Positions 13,628 through 24,354 of a stretch of DNA of 64,000 nt are shown here, one piece after another. The position numbers and the translations under genes were made by a program. The stretch spans positions 534,078 to 598,077 of the forward strand of contig NW_003314262.1 in the NCBI RefSeq assembly GCF_000143415.4, given 5' to 3'. Each line of letters starts with the position of its first letter. The first letter of the stretch is position 1. Origin of the DNA: Selaginella moellendorffii. Its lineage: Eukaryota; Plantae; Lycopodiophyta. Below the pieces are notes generated by a model that was not told where the DNA came from, ran no database searches, and saw nothing but the letters and a program-made list of their open reading frames with translations.

Positions 13628-15394
13628 ATGAACCACAGAGAATGTGTGAGACTGATCGAGTCTTGCAAAGATCTGGCAGCGGCGAGGAGCGCGCATTCCT
13701 CGATCCGAGACACCATCGCTGGCGATGCATTCGTCTGCAACAAGATGATCGAGATGTATGGCCTGCGCTGCGCGAGCGTGGAGGATGCACGCCGGCTCTT
13801 CGACGGCATGCCAATCGACATGAGAAATTCCCACACCTGGGTGCTCATGATCTCCGCTTGCTACAAGAATGGCCGCCTCGACGAGGCGCGATCGATCTTC
13901 GACGCGATGCCGAGCCCAAATCTCATCGCATGCAACGCGATGATCTCCGCGCATTCCCATGCTGGGGATCTACCGGGCGCCGACGAAATCTTTCGATCCA
14001 TGGCGATGCACGATCTAGTTTCGTGGACGGCGATTCTTTCGGCCTACACGCAGCGAGGAGAGATCACTGGAGCAGCGGCAATCTTTGAGGCAATGCCGGA
14101 GAGGGATTCTATCGCCTGGACCGCATTGCTGAGCGCGCATGCCCAAAAGGGGCAACTGGAGCGCGCGCTGGAGATCTTCCAGTCGATGCCGCAGAGGAAT
14201 CTGGTCTCCTGGACGGCGCTGCTGGTTGCGTCCTCCGCAAGCGGCGAGGTCGAGCGCGCGGCGGCGATCTTCGATCGAATGCCGCAGCGCGACTGGATTG
14301 CCTGGAACGCGATGATCTCCGCCTACGCGCAGGGCCAACGATTGCGCGACGCCAAGAGTCTCTTCGACGCTATGCCACAGCAAGATCTCGTCTCTTGGAA
14401 CGCGATGCTAGCCGGCTATTCGCAGAACGGCCATCTCCGAGAGACCGTGGAGCTCTTCCACGCCATGCCCAAGCGCGACCTAGTCTCTTGGAACTCTCTC
14501 GTTGGCGCGTACGGACTGCACGGAGACGTACGGAGTGCCGAGCTGGCTTTTCGTGCGATGCCGGAGTGGAATCTGGTATCTTCAAACTCCATGCTCACGG
14601 CATATTCGCAGGGCGGGAAAATTCAAGGTGCCCTTGCGGTGCTCGACGCGATGCCCGAGAGGGATATCGTGACGCTCAACGCGATCGTCTCGGCGTTTGC
14701 AAGCCAGGGTTTCACGGATGAGGCGAAGAAGATCTTCGATGCGATGCCGGAGAGGAATTCTTTGTCATGGAGTGCTCTGCTCGTCGCCTATGCCGCTGCC
14801 AGTGGCGCCGAATCCATCGATCACGCCAGGTTCGTGTTCGATTGCATTCCAGAGAGAAATATCATCACCTGGAACTCTCTCCTCTTTGCTTACACCCGCC
14901 AGGGCCTGATGATCGCCGCCAAGAAGCTCTTTGACGGGATTCCAGAGCGAAATCTCGTGTCCTGGGGTGCGGTTCTCTCCGGATTGGCTCGCAGCGGCGA
15001 TCACTCCTCAGCGATCGAAGCATTCCACGCCATGAAACTCGAACATCTCCCCGATGCAACGAGCATTCTCTCGGTTTTGATTTCATTCAGCCATGACGGC
15101 GATCTCTTCCAAGGACGGAGATTGTTTCTGTCGATGGGGATGGATTTTGGCGTGGATCCAACAAAGGAGCACTATTGCTGCTTGATTGACATGCTGGCTC
15201 GAGCATCATTCTTGCATGAGGCAAAAGATCTCATTCGAATCATGCCCTTTGTTCCCACTGCTCGCGAATGGGTGTGCTTGCTTGCGGCATGTAGAAGCCA
15301 CAAGGATGGAGCTATGGCAGCAGAGCATGTTCTTGTTAAGGATCCAGGACATGGAGCAACATATGTAGTGCTTTCAAACATCTATAAGGAATGA
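13628..15394 (+). CDS. PLS-class pentatricopeptide repeat protein with a long array of 31-aa SS motifs and a C-terminal E domain, no DYW
   Basis: About 12 repeats of MP(Q/E)R(N/D)LVSW(N/T)A..AY.Q.G....A..FD; terminal HYCCLIDMLARA..EAKDLI..MPFVP..W.CLLAAC..H..ATYVVLSNIY; intronless. Confidence 0.95.
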   Translation: MNHRECVRLIESCKDLAAARSAHSSIRDTIAGDAFVCNKMIEMYGLRCASVEDARRLFDGMPIDMRNSHTWVLMISACYKNGRLDEARSIFDAMPSPNLIACNAMISAHSHAGDLPGADEIFRSMAMHDLVSWTAILSAYTQRGEITGAAAIFEAMPERDSIAWTALLSAHAQKGQLERALEIFQSMPQRNLVSWTALLVASSASGEVERAAAIFDRMPQRDWIAWNAMISAYAQGQRLRDAKSLFDAMPQQDLVSWNAMLAGYSQNGHLRETVELFHAMPKRDLVSWNSLVGAYGLHGDVRSAELAFRAMPEWNLVSSNSMLTAYSQGGKIQGALAVLDAMPERDIVTLNAIVSAFASQGFTDEAKKIFDAMPERNSLSWSALLVAYAAASGAESIDHARFVFDCIPERNIITWNSLLFAYTRQGLMIAAKKLFDGIPERNLVSWGAVLSGLARSGDHSSAIEAFHAMKLEHLPDATSILSVLISFSHDGDLFQGRRLFLSMGMDFGVDPTKEHYCCLIDMLARASFLHEAKDLIRIMPFVPTAREWVCLLAACRSHKDGAMAAEHVLVKDPGHGATYVVLSNIYKE

Positions 15395-15891
15395 GTATAA
15401 TAATTTTTGTTTCATTTCTTTTTAACAAGTGATTATATACCAATTTTTAATTCATGAATCATAACAAATGAATAGCTATAACTTGTTTCTCGAAATGATT
15501 GTTTTAATGTTATTAATGTAGGATCAAGTATCTATTATCTTCAATGGTTAACATAGTGCTGACAATGTATTTCCATATTATATTCTCATTATCAAAATCC
15601 ATAAAAGAAGCATAAAAGTACTTAATGTCTTAAATTGCAACCAGTTAATGTTGCTCTAAATTGTTTATTTATTTGCTGTGTCGTCCTGCTTTTGTCCTGA
15701 GTCCGTATGCTTTGTTTACCATGATGACCTGGAAGATGAAAATTAACTACCCTGACGTGGACTGCCAGCTGGCATTTCAGCTGAAACCCGAGCCCAACTA
15801 CCAAGCACAGCATTCTTTTCGGCCGAAGGCACCCTCTTCTCTCGAGTCCACCACTCTCTGTCTGAGACGATATCACCACCAAGCGTAAGAG

Positions 15892-17073
15892 ATGCTGCGC
15901 AAGGAGAAGACTCCCGGCCCGGGAGCCTACAATCTCAGCGTCCGCCCCGTGACACCCACGCCACCGGCCTTCACCATCGCTCCCAAGCCCCACACCGGAC
16001 TGCCCAACTTGGAGAGCCCGGGACCTGGAGCATACTACCCAGACACTGGCCGATCCAGTCCATCCTACTCCATCCATGCCAAAATCTCCACTGTCGACCG
16101 GGAGAAGATCGCTGTGCCCGGCCCTGGAACTTACAACATGGAGCACCTGGTTACTCATCCCAATGAGCCCGCCTACACTATGAGCTCGCGGAAGATAAAT
16201 TTCCCCCGTGGAATCAGCCCCGGCCCCGGACAGTATAGTCTTCCAGGCAGCATGACTGGCCCCTCGTACACCATTTCCGGCAAGAGGCATCCTCACGGCT
16301 GGGCGGATAACCCTGGGCCTGGAGCTTACAGTCCCGATAACCGGCCGAAAAGTCCCTGCTATACCATGGGTTATCGGACTGGAAAGGCCGTCTTGAACAA
16401 GAATCCTGGACCTGGAGCATACAGACCCACCGAAGGAATTCAAGGACCAGCGTATACCATGGCTTACCGGAAGGCAGACAAAGTCGAGAGAAGCCCCGGC
16501 CCTGGACAGTATCAAGTTGAGTCCGGCTTGTCTCAAGCTCTTCACAGGCAGCCGGCATATACAATGCTCGGGCGAGCGAGTTCCAGGACGAGGAACCTTA
16601 ATCCCGGGCCCGGGCACTACAACGCGGAGCAGCGCTCCAACAGTCCTTCATACACCATTGGAGGTAAGAGAAGAGGAGGAAATGGAAAGCCAACACCCGG
16701 ACCTGGAAGTTACGAGCATACTCGGCCTCGGACGACGCCAGCGTACACCATGGGATACAGACCTCTGAAAGCTCCTCGTTTTGTTGGACCCGGTCCCGGG
16801 TCTTACTCGCCGAGACTTTCGGGAGGCCCGGCCTTCAGCATCCTGCACAGAAAAGGTGGTGGTCCAAAGAACGGGACCCCAGGACCTGGAGAATACGGTC
16901 AAAACAAAGCGACGGCTAGAAACGCACCTTCTTTTTCGATTGGAAGGAAGCTCGACAGAGACTACGACCGAAGGAACAACGGGCCCGGACCGGGACACTA
17001 CAGAGTCCGTCACCAGGATGGCGGTCCAAAGTTCAGTATGCACAGTGGAACGCAGAGATTCAACTATTACTGA
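15892..17073 (+). CDS. SHIPPO/PGP-repeat (ODF3/STPG-like) sperm-tail/axonemal protein, 393 aa
   Basis: About 12 repeats of (T/S/N)PGPGxY...(P/S)(A/S)(Y/F)(T/S)(M/I); basic and Pro/Gly-rich, the signature of SHIPPO-rpt proteins. Confidence 0.9.
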   Translation: MLRKEKTPGPGAYNLSVRPVTPTPPAFTIAPKPHTGLPNLESPGPGAYYPDTGRSSPSYSIHAKISTVDREKIAVPGPGTYNMEHLVTHPNEPAYTMSSRKINFPRGISPGPGQYSLPGSMTGPSYTISGKRHPHGWADNPGPGAYSPDNRPKSPCYTMGYRTGKAVLNKNPGPGAYRPTEGIQGPAYTMAYRKADKVERSPGPGQYQVESGLSQALHRQPAYTMLGRASSRTRNLNPGPGHYNAEQRSNSPSYTIGGKRRGGNGKPTPGPGSYEHTRPRTTPAYTMGYRPLKAPRFVGPGPGSYSPRLSGGPAFSILHRKGGGPKNGTPGPGEYGQNKATARNAPSFSIGRKLDRDYDRRNNGPGPGHYRVRHQDGGPKFSMHSGTQRFNYY

Positions 17074-17270
17074 GAGCAAAAAATGAAGTTGATGTACAGC
17101 TTAAACATAAAAGAAGTCTGTTGGTTTGTTCTGCATGCAATAGCCAAGTTTGTGTAAGTGAATAACAACGAAAGCTAGTTTTGAGCATTACCTGAGTATA
17201 TGGAGCCAATTCACCATTGACTCGCCTTCTCGAGGTCAGTGTAAATGGTAAGACAGTATGCTACATGCCA

Positions 17271-20200
17271 TTACTTTTCGCATGGCAATAGAACCTCCTT
17301 CACAAGCAATATTGTCGCTTGAAATCTCTCGTCATCCATAGACGAGAGCCTGTTGTAAACCCTTGTGAAATCGTCCTGGAGTGAGCCGCTCAAGCTGGCC
17401 TTGGAGCGCAATATCCTCCGACATATTAGATGCACTAATCCAACGCCTTCGTCGTAATCACTGCCTTCGAAGCACGAGACTGTATGTCGTGCTAGAAGGC
17501 AAACGAAGGCTTCCTGTACTTCTCTACTGGCTTTCGGAAGAGCCTTCAGAATGGATTGCGTCAGATCGACACTCCCAACCTGGTTGTCCGGATTCCCATC
17601 GTCTCTTGTCCTGTTATTTTCCTCGGAACCTTCAGGAGCCTCATTCGATGCCGCAGCTACATGCTTGACCCAGGCGGGGACAGTTTCCGTATCCGACGAG
17701 TCCACCTTCTCTGAAACTGCAGCAACGATATCTGGAATCCACTTCCTTAGAGCCGGTAAAAGTGAAACGCAGCTTCCCACGTTGTGTTGCTCGATGACGG
17801 CGAGAGTATCCAGGACGTCATGAGCAAGCGTTGGTTCCTCAGCGTAGTGTGGACCCCTGTCCCTTCTACACAGGAAAAGAAGCTTTCCTGTATATGATGC
17901 CGAAGCCTTGAGACAAGGTAGTATTTCCTGTAAGTATTCTTCTGCTGCTCCGCCTCTGACCACTGCTTGGATTGTCGTAAAAATTGAGCAAGCCAGGCGC
18001 ATCGTCTTGGAATGCAGAGTTCCATTACTTGAAAGTCCAAGGTTCAAAGCTTCTAAAACCGAACGCAACGTTGCCGATGCCATTTTCATTGCATGAAGCG
18101 GATAGACAGAAATATTTCCTGAAACAATAAACATGAATGATGAATAAAATAAAAGTAACAAAGAAGAAAAAGAGACCTTGTAGTGTCTGCAGCCGGTCAA
18201 GCATTTCCAGTGCCAAGTTAATCAAATCTTCCGAAACGTCTTCAAAGCCGTCCTACAATACAAATCAAAGATGGATTAGATGTTAGCAGGCAGGCACTTA
18301 CCAAAGGATTTGATACTGGAGTTGTGGTGGATACGTCCACCCGGTGTCTCTTCCTTCTTCCCGTTGAGGTCCTCACGTTCCCGTCTTTCTTCCGCTCGAG
18401 GCAAATATGAATCGTCAAATTTGCGTAAGCAGTAATCGCTGACGATATCAGTCGGTGATTGGTGACCGTCTCCACATTTTTCATGCAGTATTCCGCCAGC
18501 TGCCTCAGGCGAGAAATAAGATCCTGCAGATCGCGGTATGCTAGCAACGCTTTCCTCGTGTCACTTTCGGCCAGAAATATTTGTACGTGCCAGGCCGCTC
18601 CAACAGCAGCAGTAAAAAGTGTGTCGCAGTTTTTCTGTCTCGGACTGCTTCTAGTCTTCACCCTGCTGGCTTTGGCCTTTGCGTTTCTCCTGGAAGAGCC
18701 AGGCTTTTCTTGTAGTGAAGTGTTCTCACGGAACCTCGCAAGCTTGTCTACAAGGGAGCCGGCTAGATCTTCGAAACCTCCCCAGGAAAGCACAAACGAG
18801 TTGCCAGCCCTGATCTCGTTGGAGGAGTCCAAAACGGTGAGATCCTTTGCCGAAGTTATAACAAGGTCCCCGCAGTACTTTGCAAGCTCTGGGATGTCCT
18901 TGGCAGGAAGCGATGAGGCAAGCCTGACGATGGAGCTCCGTGTTTGGGATGTAGCCGCTACTCCCAGTAGAGACATGAGTAGCTGTCCAGTCAGATGGGA
19001 TCCAACCGCGATCTTCCACTGTCCCAAACTGACTAAGCTCATTCCCAGCTCTGATACTGCAAGTAGTACACCTTCTCGATGTTCTTGATCCAACTCCGAA
19101 TCCGGTAGAGCTAGGCCACAAAGGAACTTCAGGAGCTCAAAAAGTGACTCGGCAGGGACTCCTTCAGCTGAAGCGTAAGAGCAAAATCTTGCACCGGCCG
19201 ATGGAGAACGCTTTATGAGTGTGCAGCATCGGTTGCATGCCTCAACTATACGAGCTTTGGTCGGAAAGTATGATGGTATCAGCAGCCTCGTAAGTCGACG
19301 TGCAACGGTATCGCAGTCATCCGCAAGCATAGACAGAAGCGAGTCCAAACGCGCCACCTGAGATTCAAATTCAGTTTCTAAGTTTTGATGACAAATTTGA
19401 TTACGAACCTTGTGAAAAGGAATGCCTCGTATACCTTTGACCGCCAAGAGAAGATCAACGGCAGCTGTTCTTACTGTAACTGCGGGATCGTTTAGCATAG
19501 GAGAGAGTCGCGGCAGCAGTATCTTTAGTATATCATGACTGTGAGGATTCTCCAATAAATAAGTCACCCCTTCCAAAACCGCTAGACGTGCACTGCTGCT
19601 GCTCTGATCACTTGGAATATCATTCACGATTTTGGTGAGGAGCTTGGCGGTATTTGCTGCAGGTATGATTTCCCAGAATAAACGTAAAATTCTGCACGCA
19701 CCTTCGACAGTAACACTTCGTACGTCAGGGCAAGGATCTAGCAGAAGTTTCTCTATAAGTGCAAACTGCCTCTCGATCAATGCTTCTTTTTCCTCCTTGG
19801 ACGCCTCGGGATGTTGAAGAGGGAACATGTCGATCAATAAAAGAATAGCATTGCGCCTGACGTTGGAATTCGCCACCTAGGAGATGAATGCGCTAGATCA
19901 TGCCAGAATGAGAAGCAACCAAACTTACTTGTAGAGAACGGAAAAGCAGTGGCTCTTGAAGGCGAAAGAGCATTCCCTCGACACCAGCTTCCGCCCTCTG
20001 GGAAATGAATCCTTCTAACACTTTTCTGCAAGCCGAGCTCAAAGTCTTGCTAGCCGCATATATCGCTCCTTCCACAAGCACCTGTAAGCACGAGTTCTCG
20101 ATTTCCACCAAGATCTCTCCGGCCGCTCCCTTCCAAGCCCGATATAAAATGTCTCCATAGGCCTCCAGTATCGACTTCCTCCCAAACGGGATCTGCGAAT

Positions 20201-21008
20201 GCATGAGCGCGTTGAGTTCTTTGACGAGCTGAGGATTGAGTCCAAACAGGAAAGAGATGAAACGTCGACCCTCTGCGGAGCGCAGAAACGCTGGAGTGAC
20301 CACCGACCGGATGAGCAAGTGCCTCAGATCCTCTATACTGCCGTCGAGGAAGTCAAAGAGAAAGAAAGCCTCCCTCACAGCATACACGCGATGAACATCC
20401 ACTTTGCGGTTGGAAGTGAGCGACCTTGACATGAGAAATGGCAGCGACTGTGCGATGAGCGACTCCTTTCCATCAAATCCTTCTCGCCACCACAGCTCGC
20501 AGAGCTCGGAGATGGCGTCCTGGAGCTCGGGGTCATCCTCCAGCACAACTAGTTTCTCGTGAAGGCCTTGAACCACTGGAAGTAGCCGAGCCGGATGAAA
20601 GAATTTCTTGCACTGCGAGAGCCCAGCTTGCAAGAGAAGAACACAGCCTCTCAATCCTGCCATAACCCGCTGCCGACTAGAAGGAATCCCTCGTTCCTCT
20701 TCCCTGTGCCCAGCCAATTCTTCCTGTCTCTTTCTTTTCCTCCTGGGAGGCGATGGCGTCTTGAAGTAATCGGCCTCTCGTGGCCCAGCATCAAAGCCTG
20801 CCTCGAGACACCGTAATCCCTGCTCTATGCCCCTAAGAAGCGCCTCCGCCAACGCGATCGGGCCAGCGCCCGAGCTCATGGAGAGTAGGGTTTTGGCCAC
20901 CGATTTGCTCACCCGGACCTGATTCCCCAGGATCTGCGCGACGAGCTTGCCCGGATCCTCCTCCATACCCCTCGCCACGGCCCCGGCCACTGAATTCCTC
21001 CTTGTCAT
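17271..21008 (-). CDS. CAP-G2: Condensin II non-SMC subunit G2 (CAP-G2/NCAPG2), spliced HEAT-repeat protein
   Basis: ORFs 19893-21008, 18242-19876 and 17271-18200 join via short GT-AG introns (~19877-19928, ~19358-19408, ~18250-18301, ~18117-18176). Motifs: ISELCELWWR, YGDILYRAWK, LFRLQEPLLFRSLQ/VANSNVRRNA..DMFPL, LLLDPCPDVRS..VEG.CRIL..FWEIIP. Confidence 0.9.
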
Positions 21009-21296
21009 CGCAAAATCCCGGGCACTCTACGCTCACACTCGCATTCCTTTCTCATACCTCCGCCGAGATTCTCGCGCTCCTGCCCTCCAAGCCCAGACCT
21101 CAAGCCCTAAAGCCGTGGAACGAATATTCGATGGACAATTTTCAAAATGTTAACGGAACATTTTGTACAAGTCCGTACGAACAAGAGAACTTCACCATTA
21201 GGAAAAAAGCCTGTATATAGTTAAGTTACACTTTGCGCTTTTGCTTTCTCTGTACAAAAGGTGGCGCCGCCCATTTTTTGTTCTTCGTTTCTTCTT

Positions 21297-23379
21297 TTAG
21301 TTCCTTTCGTGAAAGCTGAGAGACCTCGACAGCGCCGCCGGGTTTGCGTGCGCCTTGTCTTCGCTGCCTTCCTTGCCTTTGTGAAACGACTTGAAAACAA
21401 TGCCGCCGCCGGAAGATCCACAAGTCCTCCCACCACCGCCACCGCCGCCGCCACCACTCGGAGAGACCGCCGCCGATTTCTCCAGCCCCAGAGTCGCCCA
21501 GATTGAGCTCTTGGCCGCCTCTCCAGGATCATCGATCCGCAGCGTCTTAGGAGCCCAGAGCGATCGCCCTCCGCCGCCATCCCTCGGGTGCTTCCCAAGA
21601 ACAGTCGCGTTTGCGGAGTTCAACGAACAGTTCGTTGGGGTGGCGGCGGCGCTGGTGGTGGTGGAGGTGGCGGCCGCCGCCGCTGCCGCAAACGCAGCAG
21701 CCGCCGCCGCCGCCCACGGGACATTCCATCCCATCGGAGAAGCAGAAGAAGCGGGGCCTCCTCCGCCAGCCCAAAGCGCTGCCGCGAACGGAGCCCAGGC
21801 CGGAAAGTTGGCGGCCCAGACGTTGCTCAGCCAGCTCGCAACTTCGGCCGGATTGCCGCCACCTTCGGCGTTGCTCGCGTTGTTGCCGAATGGAATCCAC
21901 GGGAAGCAAGCCGGAGTGGCGGAGGTGAACATGTTGTATCCGCCACCACCATTTCCGACACAAGCTGCACCACCGCATCCTAGACCTGAACTTGCACCTG
22001 CACCTGGACCGTTTCTGTTGGTTTCCTTGACGTCCGATGCAGCTTGAGTCAGAGCTGCTTCAGATGAATCCGCCACCCAGGGATTCATCCTGCTCGACAC
22101 CGACGACGAGTTCCCGGCCGGGCTGCCTGCTGCGTCGGGCGAGTTCGGGTTGTCCGCTGCTGTCGCTGCGGCGGCTGCTGCGGCGGCTGCTGCGGCCGCG
22201 GCCGCAGCCAGGTGCATGTTGAAGATGGAGCCGATGCTGCCCGGACCACCCGGAGAGTTGAGCGACGTGAGTATGCTGCTCCCCGAGGGGCTCGTCTCCG
22301 CGGGCGTTGGAAAGTGGCACATCTGGTCCTGAGGGATCACGGGTGGTAGCCGCATCCGCGATCCAACTCGCTGCTTGAGTTCCGACGCGAGCTCCCTCTT
22401 GAGCTGCTGCTGCTGCTTTTGCTGCTTCTCTTGCTCCTGCTGCTGCTGCTGCTGCTGGTGATGGTGACGATCTTGGAGATGTTGGTGTTGTTCCTGGGAG
22501 TGGTTCATGGAGCGACTTTGGCTGTGACAGTGACTGTGGTTGTGATTGTTTGTGGTGGTGGTGTTCCAGGAGGAATTGTCACTGCTATGAGGGTGAGGAT
22601 GAGAGTGGTGGTGAGAGGAAGCGGAGGAGGACGAGTGCTTGCTCTTCCTCCGCCCGGCTCCCACCGGGACGTTCCTCAGCGTCCCTCCGGCGGTCCAGTA
22701 GCGCTGGCAGTTCTTGCAGAAGTGGCGGGGCTGGTTCACGTTGTAATTGTTGAAGTAGCAGAACTTGGTGTCCATGCTGCTGCAGCGCGGGCACGGCACA
22801 AGCTTGTCCGGTTTCTTCAACACCGGCTTGGAACAGTTGTGATGCTGCTGCTGCTCTTCGTGCTGGAAGGGATTCTGCTGGTGGTGGTGGTGGTGGTGGT
22901 GGTGGTGATCTTCTCCACTTCGTGGTGCTTGTGATAAATTCTGGATCTTCCTCTCTCCGTCTTCTTCGCTTTCGTCTCTCTCGCCACCATTGCCATTCTC
23001 TCCTCTGTTCGCTTCTTCTTCTCGTTCGCGATCTTTGGTCTCTCCGTCTTTGGAGATTCTCTTCTTCTTCGTCGCCGGCGCCGGGCGATCTAGGAGAAAT
23101 TGGTCGCCACGGCGATTCCCCCCTCCATCCGGCTTGTCCTCTTCACAGCTTCCGGAAGAGCTTCCCAGATCATCCAACTGCGAGCTCTCGTCGCTGTGAT
23201 TTGTTTGCACCTAAAAAGGGGAAAAAAAGAGAGTTTGATTCATCAGAGGGATGAAAAGGGGGAAAACGATCTCCCCAAGCTCAAATCTACACATTGGGTC
23301 TGTGGAAAATCGAGCAAACCTGGTCTTCCGACGATAGGATCTGCTCCTCGATGCTCGTCTCGTCCCGCGCAGCTCGCAT
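21297..23379 (-). CDS. Dof zinc-finger transcription factor, CYCLING DOF FACTOR-like; exon 1 23379-23320, exon 2 23210-21297
   Basis: [59 protein letters not shown]; CDF C-terminal motifs [25 protein letters not shown] and [14 protein letters not shown]. Exon 1 ([20 protein letters not shown]) splices in frame via CAG|GT..TTTTAG|GTG. Confidence 0.92.
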
Positions 23380-23559
23380 TTTGCCCCTTGTGCTGCCGAC
23401 GATGAAAAAGCTTCGTTTCCTCCTTCCAAAAAGCAAAGCCCTACTACGGCCCTTAACCCCGCTTTCCCACTCGTCGTTAGTTTGCGCGCCTTAACTAACT
23501 GCTGTTAGGAAATTACTAAGTTCATTTAAGCTATCGAATTCGATTCGATAAAGGTAATA

Positions 23560-24060
23560 ACCACATTAACCACGTGGCATTTGCTCGCCCACAACAATGG
23601 AGTAAAGTTTTTTGAATGCTTGGCTCACATACCTTGGCACTTTAGCAAAAGGGCCCTGCTAGTGACGCAAATATCATGATATTTTGTACGGCCATGTCAT
23701 ATGACCGAATTACTCGCCAAAGCGTACGATAAAAGTAAAAGATAAAGCAACGCAACGTGGCAGCCCGCCAGCCATGCATTGTGGCACGGCAAATAAAATA
23801 AAGTAGCAGGAAATCTAAAAAACGACTGGGGTTCATGACCGATATTGCTGACATGGCATTTACTTGCCACAGCAAATGGGTCGTGATTATTCTGGATGGA
23901 AAAACGAGAGCCAAAATATCAGCCATGTCACGTGCGGAAATCCCCTCGAGTGGAATGCCGGCCACAAGAACCAGCCTTGCTGCCACGTGGATCCAAAGCC
24001 GTGGAAAGGAAAAGATTGTGGATATGGTCGTCTTGCCCACCGTTGGATCGGGATAAGATT
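23560..24060. promoter_or_regulatory. Light/circadian cis-element cluster upstream of the CDF-like gene
   Basis: G-boxes CACGTG at 23571, 23929 and 23984; evening-element-like AAAATATC at 23913; GATAAG I-box-like at ~24052. Confidence 0.5.
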
Positions 24061-24354
24061 CCGGGCACTGCTCAAGTCAAGCTATACAACCATTTCTTTT
24101 TAGGACTTTGAATGATCGCTTGCTTTTCTTGGCTTTGATCTGATCTAAAGCGCTCAAATTTAGCATCAGGCCACCTAAACATCAAAAATACCTGATAAAC
24201 ATAAAGCTCATTTCAACGAACTTGACAATCTCCGGACAGCAATACAAACGAGCAGTCTCCGAGAAGCCTGTTAAGTCTCATCACTTTAAGATTTGGATTG
24301 CAAAAACGTTCTTTTAAAGGAGAAAACAAGATAGCCTCACCTATTTTGACGACG

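Noticed and set aside
15622-16617. 331-aa antisense ORF over the SHIPPO gene, and long antisense ORFs over the Dof, PPR and GT64 genes
   Set aside because: Shadow ORFs of GC-rich or repetitive coding sequence with no recognisable domains
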